Of a stretch of DNA of 64,000 nucleotides, positions 25,287 to 35,017 are shown piece after piece (the stretch's first letter is position 1; each line of letters opens with the position of its first letter). Source of the stretch: Dehalococcoidia bacterium (GTDB lineage: Bacteria > Chloroflexota > Dehalococcoidia > Lucifugimonadales > UBA3495); assembly GCA_965249065.1 (NCBI GenBank), contig CBDFLG010000001.1, positions 1,414,646 through 1,478,645 on the forward strand, in the 5' to 3' direction. Below the pieces are notes generated by a model. The model did not search any database. It was given only the letters and a program-made list of their open reading frames with translations, and was not told the origin of the DNA. A program made the translations under genes and the position numbers.

Positions 25287-26006
25287 TCAGTAATACTTGA
25301 TCGTCTTGAATGCCTCGGCGTATTTGAGACCCACCTTGGCGGCGGTGGCGGCGCGGCCCATGGGGAAGTACTTGTCGGCGTCCTCCGGGCCCACCTGGGA
25401 CTTGTGGGCTTTTAGCGCGGCGATGGCGGTGTCCATGTGGCCGTCCACGTCCACGAAGTAGTCTGACCCCGCTAATCCGCCGACAATCCAGACCTCGCGC
25501 ACCTTGTGGGGTTCCAGACCCTCCTCCAGCAGTTCAGGGAAGGTCAGGCGGTCGCGGGCCGTGGGGAACACGGCGGCCAGGGCGGCCTCGCCGGTTGCCA
25601 GGTGGTCGGGATGGCTGCCGTAATACCGGCTGTCAATGTCGCGCGTAGGCGGCTCGGTGATGACCACATCGGGCCGGAAGCGGCGTATCTCGCGGGCCAG
25701 GTCCTTGCGCAGTTGCAGCGTCGGCTCCAGATAAGAGTCGGGGTAACCCAGAAACACCACATCTTTCAGGCCCAGCACTCGCCCGGATTCTTTCTGCTCC
25801 GCCGCGCGTATTTGCGCCAGCCTCTCGCCGGTCATCTCCGGGTCGTCGCTGCCCTTCGAGCCGTCGGTGCATAGCACAAACACCACCTCCCAGCCCTCGG
25901 CGCACAGTTTCGCCACCGTTGCGGCGCAAGTCCACTCCGCATCGTCCGGGTGGGCCATAATGACCATTGCCCGGCTGTACGGCTCTTCCTTTTCCGAGTC
26001 CGCCAT
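25287..26006 (-). CDS. PIG-L/LmbE-family deacetylase
   Basis: Signature VIMAHPDDAEW, plus HPDH and HKSQ motifs. Confidence 0.85.
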   Translation of the reverse strand: MADSEKEEPYSRAMVIMAHPDDAEWTCAATVAKLCAEGWEVVFVLCTDGSKGSDDPEMTGERLAQIRAAEQKESGRVLGLKDVVFLGYPDSYLEPTLQLRKDLAREIRRFRPDVVITEPPTRDIDSRYYGSHPDHLATGEAALAAVFPTARDRLTFPELLEEGLEPHKVREVWIVGGLAGSDYFVDVDGHMDTAIAALKAHKSQVGPEDADKYFPMGRAATAAKVGLKYAEAFKTIKYY

Positions 26007-26235
26007 GTATCCTTCCTTAACTTGTACTTGAATTGTGTATGGGAAACCACAAAACAGGTTAACCTAACCAGCGGCGGGTTGCCACCGGCAGTTGTCATCG
26101 GCGGCAGGCAGTGGTAGCTTTTGCCCGCCGGACTGGTTGCTGAAACCCAGCGCCGGACACGATGCCAAAGTCCGCCCGCCCCGCGAGGGAACGTTTGATA
26201 GGCCACGCGGTTAGTGGCCCGGACTCGGGCGTAGA

Positions 26236-26661
26236 GTGAGTAGGGAGCGTATGCCCAGGCTGTGGGCACAGACCGTTGATTTCGAGACCGTCGCCGTGGG
26301 CGACACCCTGCCCGTCCTCATCAAGTGGGAGACGGAAGAGACCATCGGCCGTTACGCTGCCTTGCAGGGCGATGATGCGGACGACGACGTGGCCCCGGAA
26401 AGCCTGCCGGAGCAGACTCTCACCGCCTACGTCGTCGAACTCTTGAGCAAAGGGTTTCCGCCCGAAAGCCTGGACGCTGAGGGCGCCAGTCTGGACGTGG
26501 AACATCTGCAACCGGTCCGCGCCAACGACACCATCAGCCTCTCCGGCCGGGTGGTGGACAAGCGATCGGCGGACGGGTTGCGTCTGGTGGAGTGCGCCGT
26601 CGGGGTGGAAAACGATCGCGGCGAACCCGTGGCCCGCGCCCGCGCCGTCGTCAGCCTGTAA
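26236..26661 (+). CDS. hotdog-fold (MaoC dehydratase-like) protein
   Basis: 141 aa. The C-terminal pattern ISLSGRVVDKR...LVECAVGVENDRGEPVARARAVV is typical of a hotdog beta-sheet. An alternative start is at 26251. Confidence 0.5.
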   Translation: MSRERMPRLWAQTVDFETVAVGDTLPVLIKWETEETIGRYAALQGDDADDDVAPESLPEQTLTAYVVELLSKGFPPESLDAEGASLDVEHLQPVRANDTISLSGRVVDKRSADGLRLVECAVGVENDRGEPVARARAVVSL

Positions 26662-26667
26662 CCGGGT

Positions 26668-27456
26668 CTATGCCTCTTCCAGTATCACCGGGTTGGACAG
26701 CACGCCGATGCCCGGTATTTCCACTTCCACCAGATCGCCGTCCTTCAGCGCGATAGTGACGCCGGTGGAGCCGGAAAAGATGAGGTCGCCGGGTTGCAGA
26801 GTGACTTGCTGACTGATATAGCTGACGATTTCAGCAAAGGTGAACAGCATTTCCTCGGTGTGCCCGTGCTGAACCTCCTCGCCGTTTAGCCGCACAATCA
26901 TTTCCAGCGCCTGCGGGTTAATGTCGGTCTCGATCCACGGGCCGACCGGAGCGAAAGTGTCCGAGCCCTTGGCCCGCCAGAAGGTCCAGTCGTCCTTCTG
27001 CCAAGCCCGCTCCGAGACGTCGTTGCCGCAGGTGTAACCGAAGATGTAGCTGCCGGCCTCCTGGGGGCTGACCCGGCGGCAGGCTTTGCCGATGACCGCC
27101 ACCGCCTCGCCTTCGTAGTGGACCTCGCCGGCGGTATCATGGGGCAGGACGATGTTCTCGCCGGTGGCGGTAAGGGAGTTGCGGGCCTTAATCCACGGTT
27201 CCGGGTGTTCCGGCAGGTGGGGGTCTTCGTCGCCCAGCACCCCGGCGGCAAACTCCAAATGGTTGGCGAAATTCAGCCCGGGCGCCCAAATCTCGGCGGG
27301 GTCGGTAGGCGCCAGCAGTTGCACGTCGGCCATCTTGCGCCGCTCGCCGTCTGCTTTGAACTCGGAAAAAATATCGCCCTCGATTTCGACGATATCATCG
27401 CCCTCAACCACCCCGTGGGCCGTATGGCCGTTTTGGCGGAACCTTGCTATTTTCAT
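26668..27456 (-). CDS. fumarylacetoacetate hydrolase (FAH) family protein
   Basis: Start at ATG 27456 (MKIARFRQNGH). Typical C-terminal region GDLIFSGSTGV...GDLVEVEIPGIG. Confidence 0.85.
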   Translation of the reverse strand: MKIARFRQNGHTAHGVVEGDDIVEIEGDIFSEFKADGERRKMADVQLLAPTDPAEIWAPGLNFANHLEFAAGVLGDEDPHLPEHPEPWIKARNSLTATGENIVLPHDTAGEVHYEGEAVAVIGKACRRVSPQEAGSYIFGYTCGNDVSERAWQKDDWTFWRAKGSDTFAPVGPWIETDINPQALEMIVRLNGEEVQHGHTEEMLFTFAEIVSYISQQVTLQPGDLIFSGSTGVTIALKDGDLVEVEIPGIGVLSNPVILEEA

Positions 27457-27487
27457 ACAGGTCTCCTCGCAACAGATTCGGCAAAGG

Positions 27488-27883
27488 TTATTCCAGCCGT
27501 TCAATACCGGGAATGGCGTCAAAGCCGGTGTCATAGCTGAGGATACGGCTAATTCCCGCCTGCCGCATCACGGCCACGTGCAGAGCGTCCCGCGCGGAAA
27601 GGCCGCCCACCGGGCGGATGAGGTCTCTGGCTATGTTGATTTCCGGCATACCGTAGGATAGAACGTCTGCAACTATTTCATCCAAACTGGCAAACGCCGC
27701 ATCTATAGCTTCGAGTCGGCGAATCGCGGAGTAGCGATGAAGTATCTCCTGATAAACCTCTACGTCAGTAACGAATTGTTCGCCATCTTGCGACAGGCGC
27801 GCTAATGATTGCAAGGCGCGGTCCCTGTTAGGGTGCGGGGAGCCGACCAAATACATCGGCACGTTGGAGTCAACGAAAATCAC
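27488..27883 (-). CDS. vapC: PIN-domain toxin (VapC-like)
   Basis: MIFVDSNVPMY N-terminal acidic motif. The GTG start overlaps the stop of the upstream antitoxin (GTGA). Confidence 0.8.
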   Translation of the reverse strand: MIFVDSNVPMYLVGSPHPNRDRALQSLARLSQDGEQFVTDVEVYQEILHRYSAIRRLEAIDAAFASLDEIVADVLSYGMPEINIARDLIRPVGGLSARDALHVAVMRQAGISRILSYDTGFDAIPGIERLE

Positions 27884-28134
27884 TGGATGCGACGCCCTGC
27901 TTCTATTTCCTGAAGCATTTGTTCGATGTCTGCTGTCGGGAAATTAAGTTGTGACGTCTCCTTGATGACTTTCTCTATACGCCTTACCCTTGCATGGTAA
28001 TCGGATCTTGCCAGGCGCACCGTTTCCTCAATCCATTGCTCAACAGTCATATTGCGCCTACCGGCAATGCGCTCGATATCCGCGAATTCATCGTCTTCCA
28101 AGGTTATCTGGCAACGCTTTGCTTCGCCGCTCAT
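27880..28134 (-). CDS. vapB: ribbon-helix-helix antitoxin (VapB/CopG-like)
   Basis: ORF trimmed to ATG 28134. 84 aa with RCQITLEDDEFADIERIAGRRNMTVEQWIEE, which is RHH-like. 4-nt overlap with the PIN gene. Confidence 0.7.
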   Translation of the reverse strand: MSGEAKRCQITLEDDEFADIERIAGRRNMTVEQWIEETVRLARSDYHARVRRIEKVIKETSQLNFPTADIEQMLQEIEAGRRIQ

Positions 28135-28325
28135 TCTTCCCCCGTTTTGGCCAAGCCTCGCAAATGGTTTGATCTTCAAAGTATTATATCCGGCGGGTAG
28201 CAGCCGGTAAACGCCGGTGCGCCTGGCGGGAGGCCATACGCAGGCCTGCATCCCCGCCCCAATCTGGTATACAATACGCCCCGATACGGCCCCCGCGTGC
28301 GGGTCGCCTTTGCTAAGGAGCGATT

Positions 28326-29336
28326 GTGAAGCTGGGATTCTTCGTAACCAACCAGTACCTCCCCGGCGAGTCTATGGCACAGAAGATTCAGGACAGCGTG
28401 GAGCAGGTGGCGGCGGCCCGCGAGGCAGGGTTCAGCCTTATAGCCACCGGCCAGCACTACCTGGCCGCGCCCTACCAGATGAGCACGGTGTTCCCGTTGC
28501 TGTCGCGGCTGGCCGCCGAGTCCGGCGATATGCAGGTAGCCGCCACCGTCCTGCTGCTGCCGCTGCATAGCCCGGTGGAGTTGGCCGAGAGTATCGCCAC
28601 CCTCGACTGTATCACCGGCGGGAGGTTCGTGTTCGGCATCGGCTTGGGGTACCGCGATGAGGAGTACACCGCCTTTGGGGTGAAGCGAGAAGAACGGGTC
28701 GGGCGGATGAACGAGTCGCTGGAAATCATCAAGCGCCTGTGGACCGAAGACGAACTGGAGTACGAGGGCAAGTTCTACACGATTCCCAAAACCCAACTCG
28801 CCACTCGCCCGGTTCAGCAACCCCATCCGCCCATCTGGGTCGCCGCCAACAATGACGTGGCCATCCGCCGCGCCGCCCGCTGGGGCTACCCCTGGCTCAT
28901 CAACCCCCATGCCACCGTGTCGATGGTGACCGACCAGTGGACGCGCTACACCGAGGCCCTGGAGTACTATGACAACCCCGTGCCCGACGACCTGCCCATG
29001 ATGCGCGAGATGTACGTGGCCGCCGACCGCGAGACTGCCTACATCGAGAGCCAGCCCTACCTTGAGGGCAAGTACGCCGCTTACGCCGCCTGGGGGCAAG
29101 ACAAGGCACTGCCAGGTGAGGAGTCGTTTACCATTCCTTATCAAGACTTGGCAAGGGACCGTTTCCTGCTGGGTTCGCCTGACGACGTGGTGGCGGAACT
29201 GAAACGGTACTCCGATGAGCTGGGCGTCAACATGATGATTTTCCGTATGCAGTGGCCTGGTATGCCCCAGGAGCAGGTGTTGCGGCAAATCGAGTTGTTG
29301 GGCCGCGAGGTCATCCCCCAAGTGGCGGATTTCTAG
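28326..29336 (+). CDS. luciferase-like (LLM class) flavin-dependent oxidoreductase
   Basis: GTG start with AAGGAG upstream. TIM-barrel LLM pattern MKLGFFVTNQY...GRFVFGIGLGYRDEE. Confidence 0.8.
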   Translation: MKLGFFVTNQYLPGESMAQKIQDSVEQVAAAREAGFSLIATGQHYLAAPYQMSTVFPLLSRLAAESGDMQVAATVLLLPLHSPVELAESIATLDCITGGRFVFGIGLGYRDEEYTAFGVKREERVGRMNESLEIIKRLWTEDELEYEGKFYTIPKTQLATRPVQQPHPPIWVAANNDVAIRRAARWGYPWLINPHATVSMVTDQWTRYTEALEYYDNPVPDDLPMMREMYVAADRETAYIESQPYLEGKYAAYAAWGQDKALPGEESFTIPYQDLARDRFLLGSPDDVVAELKRYSDELGVNMMIFRMQWPGMPQEQVLRQIELLGREVIPQVADF

Positions 29337-29407
29337 TCCCGGCGCAACAGGCAGCGCGTGTTATTATCAACCGGCAATCCGTATCCGGCCCAAGCCGGAG
29401 GCCCGCA

Positions 29408-30151
29408 ATGATAACGGCAACTATCAAAATGCTTCCCTACAACCGGGGAGCGGACATTGACTGGGGCAGTCTGGAATACGACCCGGACCAGCTCAAGACG
29501 CGCGATATGCTTCAAGATCCGGTGCTTCAGGAAATTGGCCACATACTGTCTTCCCGCTTCACCGGCTTCAGTGGACGAAGCGCCAGCTTGTTCAGCGCCG
29601 GCACAATCATCTGCTACAACCCCAACGACCTGAACGTTCGAGTGCAGCCGGACTACTACGTGGCATTCGGCGTTGACGAGGACTCAATCCGCCGCCGCCG
29701 TCTCTACCTCCCGTGGGAAGCAGGCAAGCCCCCCGACTTCGCCCTGGAAATCGCATCGGACACCACTTACAGGAACGACCTCTATCGCAAGCCGGCAATC
29801 TACACCCAAATCGGCATCACTGAGTACTGGCGGTTCGACCCCACCGGCGGCAGTTTGTACGGCAAGCCCCTGGAAGGACTCCGGCTGTCCGATGGCGTCT
29901 ACCAGCCCATTCCGTTGACTACCGAACCCGACGGCGTCCTGAAAGGGTGCAGCGCGGCGCTGGAGTTGAGCCTGTGCTGGGTTGAGGAAGACAACCGGCT
30001 GGTATTCTACGACCCGGCAACCGGCAATTACCTGAGAAATCTCCCACAAGAGCAGGCAGACCTCGAGTCGGAGCGTAGGGTAAGAGAAGCCGACCAGGCT
30101 AGAATCCGTCAGCTTGAAGAGCAGCTACGCCGCCTGCAATCAGAACACTGA
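29408..30151 (+). CDS. Uma2-family (DUF820) putative endonuclease with coiled-coil C-terminal extension
   Basis: Start at ATG 29408. The core contains QPDYYVAF, PDFALEIASDTT and GITEYWRFDP. The tail ESERRVREADQARIRQLEEQLRRLQ is coiled-coil-like. Confidence 0.7.
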   Translation: MITATIKMLPYNRGADIDWGSLEYDPDQLKTRDMLQDPVLQEIGHILSSRFTGFSGRSASLFSAGTIICYNPNDLNVRVQPDYYVAFGVDEDSIRRRRLYLPWEAGKPPDFALEIASDTTYRNDLYRKPAIYTQIGITEYWRFDPTGGSLYGKPLEGLRLSDGVYQPIPLTTEPDGVLKGCSAALELSLCWVEEDNRLVFYDPATGNYLRNLPQEQADLESERRVREADQARIRQLEEQLRRLQSEH

Positions 30152-30193
30152 TTCTCTGCGCTGCCCCACGTATCCTTGAGAAGGTGAATAGAG

Positions 30194-32224
30194 TTGGTTC
30201 CTCCTGGCGACATCGGCCCCATTCCGATTTGGGTTGGCGTTTACGTTCTTATGGCGTTGGCGGCAGCCGCCGGCGGCTACGCAATCTACCAACGGGTGTT
30301 CCGCCTGGTCTTGCAGGGTAGGGCCGAGGCCCGCTTTGACCGGCCTTTGGAGCGGCTTTCCGGCGCTATGGCAATCGTGCTGGGGCAGAAGAAGGTGCTG
30401 CAACGGGTCCCGTTCGGCGACTGGGCAGGGCTGGGCCATGCCGCTATATTCTGGGGCTTCCTGACCTTCATGCTGTCCTACGCCATCTTCATCTTTGGCG
30501 CGGCGGCGTGGAGTCATTTCCCGGAGTGGCTGCTGACCGAGACCGGCGCGATGGTGTACAGCAGCTACCTGGACATCTTGGCCGCCGTCCTGCTGGCGGT
30601 GTTGATCTGGGCTGCCGCCCGCCGGTGGCTGGTAAGGCCCCGGCGGCTCAGCTTCGACCTTACCCGCAACCCGGACGCCATCATCATCGTCGGAATGATT
30701 GCCGGGCTGATGGCCTCCACCCTGCTGACGCACAGCTTTTACGTCGCTCAGGGCGGAACCGGGCCGGAGGCCGAAGTTATCATCGGCGGCGCGCTGGGAC
30801 GGCTGTTCGTGGACTGGGGCATCAGCGAGTCCGCCGCCAACGTCTTGCAGGGCGTGTTCTGGTGGACGCACTTCGCCATCATCCTGTTCTTCACGGTATA
30901 CATCCCCTTCTCCAAGCACATGCACATGGTGGCGACGCCGCTCAACGCCTACTTCCGCTCGCTGGAACCGCGGGGCGCGCTCCCGGCCATGGACCTGGAA
31001 AACGCCGAACGGTTCGGGGCATCTCGGGTGCAGGACTTCACCTGGAAGCAGCTACTGGACGGCTATTCCTGCGCCGTCTGCGGGCGCTGCTCCGACGTAT
31101 GCCCGGCCAACATTACCGGCAAACTGCTTTCGCCGATGCACATCGTCGAGAACCTGAAAGACCACATGGTCAGCATCGGCCACCAAGGGCCGCGCGACCC
31201 GGAACACGTCGAGCCTTTGCCCATCCTGAACAACGCCATTCCCGAGGCTGCCATTTGGGACTGCCTCAACTGCGGCGCCTGTATGGAAGAATGCCCGGTC
31301 ACGGTGGAGCACGTGCCGACCATCATGGATATGCGCCGCTACCTGGTGCTGGAGGAATCCAAAGCGCCTGAAACCGCCATGAACGCCCTCATCAGCCTCG
31401 AACAGCGGGGCCACCCCTGGCGAGGCACCCAGTTCGGCCGCACCGATTGGGCGCAGGGGCTGGACGTTCCGACGCTGGCGGAAAATCCCGGCGCCGAGAT
31501 TCTTTTCTGGGTGGGCTGCACTCCGGCCTTGGAGCAGCGCAGTCAAGCCGTGGCCCGCTCAATGGTCAAGGTGCTGAAATCCGCCAAAGTCAATTTCGCC
31601 ATCCTGGGCGACGAAGAGACCTGCACCGGCGACCCAGCCCGGCGCATGGGTAACGAGTACCTGTTCCAGATAATGGCCGCTCAGAATATCGAGACCCTGA
31701 ACAGCTACAACGTCAAGAAAGTTGTCACCATTTGTCCTCACTGCTTCAACACGATCAAGAACGAATACCCGCAACTGGGCGGCGATTTTGAGGTCCTGCA
31801 CTACAGCCAATTCGTTGACGGACTGATACGTGAAGGCAGAATCAAGCCAGTGAAGATGCTGGACGTCACCGTCGCATACCATGACTCCTGCTTCCTGGGA
31901 CGGCACAACGGGGTGTATGATGAGCCTCGCAACGTGGCCCGCGCCATTCCCGGCCTGAAGCTGGTGGAAATGGGCAGCCGCTGCCGGGAGCGGGGCTTCT
32001 GCTGCGGCGCTGGCGGCGGACACATGTGGATCGAAGAAAGCCAGGGCGAGCGGGTCAATCACGTCCGCACCGAGCACTTCCTGGAAACTCAGGCCCAGAC
32101 TGTTGGCGTTTCCTGCCCCTTCTGCCTCCAGATGATGACCGAGGGCATACAGGCCAAGGGACTGGAAGGCGAGAAGGAATCCAAAGACATTCTGGAGTTG
32201 CTGTCGGAGAGCCTGGAACCCTAG
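30194..32224 (+). CDS. membrane-bound (Fe-S)-binding oxidoreductase: NarI/DsrM-like membrane domain fused to an HdrD/GlpC-like 2x[4Fe-4S] plus CCG domain
   Basis: Six N-terminal TM helices, then CAVCGRCSDVCP and CLNCGACMEECP, then CCG-type Cys motifs (VGCTPA, CPHC, HDSC, CCGAGGG). The TTG start is uncertain. Confidence 0.8.
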   Translation: MVPPGDIGPIPIWVGVYVLMALAAAAGGYAIYQRVFRLVLQGRAEARFDRPLERLSGAMAIVLGQKKVLQRVPFGDWAGLGHAAIFWGFLTFMLSYAIFIFGAAAWSHFPEWLLTETGAMVYSSYLDILAAVLLAVLIWAAARRWLVRPRRLSFDLTRNPDAIIIVGMIAGLMASTLLTHSFYVAQGGTGPEAEVIIGGALGRLFVDWGISESAANVLQGVFWWTHFAIILFFTVYIPFSKHMHMVATPLNAYFRSLEPRGALPAMDLENAERFGASRVQDFTWKQLLDGYSCAVCGRCSDVCPANITGKLLSPMHIVENLKDHMVSIGHQGPRDPEHVEPLPILNNAIPEAAIWDCLNCGACMEECPVTVEHVPTIMDMRRYLVLEESKAPETAMNALISLEQRGHPWRGTQFGRTDWAQGLDVPTLAENPGAEILFWVGCTPALEQRSQAVARSMVKVLKSAKVNFAILGDEETCTGDPARRMGNEYLFQIMAAQNIETLNSYNVKKVVTICPHCFNTIKNEYPQLGGDFEVLHYSQFVDGLIREGRIKPVKMLDVTVAYHDSCFLGRHNGVYDEPRNVARAIPGLKLVEMGSRCRERGFCCGAGGGHMWIEESQGERVNHVRTEHFLETQAQTVGVSCPFCLQMMTEGIQAKGLEGEKESKDILELLSESLEP

Positions 32225-32299
32225 CCTCCCCGCACGCTGGGTTTTCTCCTCACCCTAGCCCTTTCCCGAATGGAGAGGGGACAAAGGAGTAAAGAGACG

Positions 32300-32545
32300 A
32301 TGCCAATAGACCAAGTAAACATTGTCCGCAAGTGCAGCGTCTGCGCCACGGAAATTGAGACCGTGCAGGTCAAGAAAGACAACATGATGCTTTCGTCGAA
32401 GGAGCTGGTCTGGTGTCCCGGCTGCGAAGCAGAGCGCCCGGAGCAGCGCGACATCGCCGGGCGTCTCGATTCCATTCAGCAGGAACAGGACTCGTATCCC
32501 CCATCCCAGCTTGCGGTGCCTTTCGGCGCGCCGCCGGTGATCTGA
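32300..32545 (+). CDS. small zinc-ribbon protein, unknown function
   Basis: CSVC...CPGC. Start moved to ATG 32300 (AAGGAG 10 nt upstream), because the track start at 32270 lies inside a hairpin repeat. Confidence 0.5.
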   Translation: MPIDQVNIVRKCSVCATEIETVQVKKDNMMLSSKELVWCPGCEAERPEQRDIAGRLDSIQQEQDSYPPSQLAVPFGAPPVI

Positions 32546-32546
32546 C

Positions 32547-32987
32547 ATGGCCGCCCAATCATACGAGTCCGGCGCTAACGAGACCGAAGCCAGCCCTCCG
32601 GTGGCGCTAGTGTTGACCGGCAACCTGTTTTTCATACCCCGAATCGAGGCCGCCGCCATGCGCTCCGGTCTTGAGGCAGTCTACGGCAACTCGGCAGCCG
32701 GACTGCTGAAGTCCACCGCCGGCCGCGACGTTGCGCTGGCCCTGGTTGACCTTGAGCTGGACGAGTCGGCTTGGGTAGAAGGACTGTCCCTGCTGTCTGC
32801 CGCGCTGAAATCAGGCGAAGAAGGCGCGACTGCGTCGCCGGTCATAGCCTACGGCCCGCACGGCGATGCGGAAACGCTGCGGAAGGCGCGGGCGCTAGGG
32901 TGCGACGCCGTGCTGAGCAAGCGCGATTTTTCCCAACGGCTGCCCGAACTGCTGGGAACCAGGGGCCAAGCCGTTATCTCCCCATAG
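32547..32987 (+). CDS. receiver-like (CheY-fold) domain protein lacking the N-terminal acidic pair
   Basis: The beta-alpha pattern ALVLTGNLFF...ALVDLEL...VIAYGPHGD...GCDAVLSKRDF fits a receiver fold. The start overlaps the stop of the preceding ORF (TGAcATG). Confidence 0.5.
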   Translation: MAAQSYESGANETEASPPVALVLTGNLFFIPRIEAAAMRSGLEAVYGNSAAGLLKSTAGRDVALALVDLELDESAWVEGLSLLSAALKSGEEGATASPVIAYGPHGDAETLRKARALGCDAVLSKRDFSQRLPELLGTRGQAVISP

Positions 32988-33005
32988 GGCCACAGTAAGC
33001 AGTTT

Positions 33006-33827
33006 ATGTTATGGGCCTGGGCCGAAAAACGCTTCATTTTCTTCCCTGAACCCGAGATTGCCAATACGCCGGACCAGGCGGGTTTGCGATACGAGGACGT
33101 TTACCTTACGTCCTCGGACGGACTGATTTTGCACGGATGGTTTCTGCCCGGGCCCGCTGGCCTTGCGGGCCGGAGAACCCAGACTTGGCTGTGGTTTCAC
33201 GGCAACGGCGGGAACGTTGGCACTCGTGTGGGCCAACTGGAACGGGCGCATCACGTGTTGGGCGTTCACCAGTTCATCTTCGACTATCGAGGCTATGGGC
33301 GCAGCGAAGCCAAACCTACGGAACGCGGCACCTACCTGGACGCCCGCGCCGCTCTGAATTACCTGAAACAGCGGCCCGGAATAGACCCGGAACGCATTGT
33401 CTACTTCGGCCACTCGCTGGGCGCGGCGGTAGCCGTCGAGCTGGCCGAGTCGCATCCCCCATGCGGCATGGCCTTGATAGCCCCTTTCTCGTCAGCCCGG
33501 GATATGGCGAAGTTCACTCTGTCCATTCCTCTGGCGGGATGGCTGGTGCGCGGTCATTACAACTCGGTGAAGCGCATCCCCAAGGTTCGGACGCCCCTGC
33601 TGGTGCTTCATGGAGAGCTGGACGAAATGGTGCCTCACTCCCAGGGCATGAAGCTGTACCAAGCCGCCAACCGCCCCAAGCGGTTTGTAACCCTGCACGG
33701 CGCGTCCCACAACAATGTTCAGCATATCGCCGCAGATCAGATGGCCCGCGCCCTGGTGGAGTTCCGCGACGGGCTGGCTACCGGAGACGTGGCTCCCGGT
33801 TACACCCCGCTGATGATTTCGCTCTGA
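33006..33827 (+). CDS. alpha/beta hydrolase
   Basis: Nucleophile elbow GHSLGAAVA. The Asp and His regions are LHGELDEMV and GASHNN. Confidence 0.8.
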   Translation: MLWAWAEKRFIFFPEPEIANTPDQAGLRYEDVYLTSSDGLILHGWFLPGPAGLAGRRTQTWLWFHGNGGNVGTRVGQLERAHHVLGVHQFIFDYRGYGRSEAKPTERGTYLDARAALNYLKQRPGIDPERIVYFGHSLGAAVAVELAESHPPCGMALIAPFSSARDMAKFTLSIPLAGWLVRGHYNSVKRIPKVRTPLLVLHGELDEMVPHSQGMKLYQAANRPKRFVTLHGASHNNVQHIAADQMARALVEFRDGLATGDVAPGYTPLMISL

Positions 33828-34093
33828 ACGTCCAGCAACTCCACGTCGAGGCGCGACTCCTCGATGAAGTTGAGCACGGCGGACAGCATGGCGTCGGCGT
33901 GTCCCCGGTCGTTGCTCACGCAACAGACGCCCAGAGTGAGCCGCTGCCGCCGGTCGGCATCCTCCACCTCTGCGACTGCCACGTTAAAGCGGTTGCGGAT
34001 GCGGTCGGTCAGCGACCGGGCAATCTGCCGCTTTTCCTTCAGGCTGGACGCCTCCGGCAGATGCAGCGTCAGCTTGCAAACTCCGATATGCAA
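33800..34093 (-). CDS. DUF503 (YlxP-like) protein
   Basis: MHIGVCKLTLHLPEASSLKEKRQIARSL...NVAVAEV pattern, 97 aa. Confidence 0.6.
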   Translation of the reverse strand: MHIGVCKLTLHLPEASSLKEKRQIARSLTDRIRNRFNVAVAEVEDADRRQRLTLGVCCVSNDRGHADAMLSAVLNFIEESRLDVELLDVQSEIISGV

Positions 34094-34272
34094 TCGAGAC
34101 TCGCTTTCCGGACTGAATGGGCCTCGCCTGCGGCCGTTAGACAGGGGATAATATGGGCCTGCCTGACTCCCATATTGTTGACGGGATTGCAGTGGGCATT
34201 ATAGATTATACTTCTGGCCTACCCCCCATTGCTTCCTTAACCATGCCACTTGGCTAGGAGACTGGATACTCG

Positions 34273-34935
34273 ATGGTCGGCGACCCCTTCGCCCCCGATG
34301 TTTCCCGCGCGGAAGTGCCTGAGGTTGTCGTAAGCAGGCTGCCCCAGTATCTTCGCATCCTCAACCGCCTGATGGAAGACGGCATCATGGTGGTAAGTTC
34401 TCAGCAGTTGGGCGAAAAGCTCCAAGTGACGCCGGCCCAGATACGCAAAGACCTCAGCTATTTCGGGCGGTTTGGCAAGCAGGGCCGGGGCTACAGCGTC
34501 AACGACCTGCTGGAGCGGCTGCGCCAGATTCTCGGCGTCAACTCATACTGGAACGTCGCCGTGGTTGGCGTGGGCCGGTTGGGGAGGGCCATCGTAAACT
34601 ACCCCGGCTTCACCCCCGACGGTTTCCACCTAGTGGCGGCCTTTGACATCAACAGCGCCGTTATCGGCGAAGACGTGGGCGGGCTGCAGGTTCACTCCCT
34701 GGATGACTTGCGGAAGGTAGTCGCCGAACGAAATATAAGCATCGCCATCGTGGCGGTTCCTGTTTCGAACACCCAAGAGGTAGTTGACCAATTGGTAGCG
34801 TGCGGCATCCGCGCCATCCTCAACTACGCCCCCATAACCCCCCATGTCCGGGAAGGCGTGAAGATTCGCAACATCGACCCCGTGCTGTCTCTCCAGTCCA
34901 TGACCTACTACATCAACGGCTCCAACGACGACTGA
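34273..34935 (+). CDS. rex: redox-sensing transcriptional repressor Rex
   Basis: RLPQYLRILNRL...SSQQLGEKLQVTPAQIRKDLSYFG followed by a Rossmann segment VAVVGVGRLG. Confidence 0.9.
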   Translation: MVGDPFAPDVSRAEVPEVVVSRLPQYLRILNRLMEDGIMVVSSQQLGEKLQVTPAQIRKDLSYFGRFGKQGRGYSVNDLLERLRQILGVNSYWNVAVVGVGRLGRAIVNYPGFTPDGFHLVAAFDINSAVIGEDVGGLQVHSLDDLRKVVAERNISIAIVAVPVSNTQEVVDQLVACGIRAILNYAPITPHVREGVKIRNIDPVLSLQSMTYYINGSNDD

Positions 34936-34938
34936 CCG

Positions 34939-34981
34939 CCACAAAACACCCCCTCCCTTTACGGGAGGGGGTGTTTTGTGG
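34939..34981. terminator. bidirectional intrinsic terminator between rex and atpC
   Basis: A perfect 19-bp stem, ccacaaaacaccccctccc pairing with gggagggggtgttttgtgg, around the loop tttac. A/T runs inside the stem give U tracts on both strands. Confidence 0.75.
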
Positions 34982-35017
34982 CCCTGATTCGCAGATTCGC
35001 GGCTCGCCATGGATTCC

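Noticed and set aside
32270-32299. ATG 32270 as the start of the zinc-ribbon ORF.
   Set aside because: The codons fall inside a ccctttccc...ggagagggg hairpin repeat. ATG 32300 has a much better AAGGAG SD.
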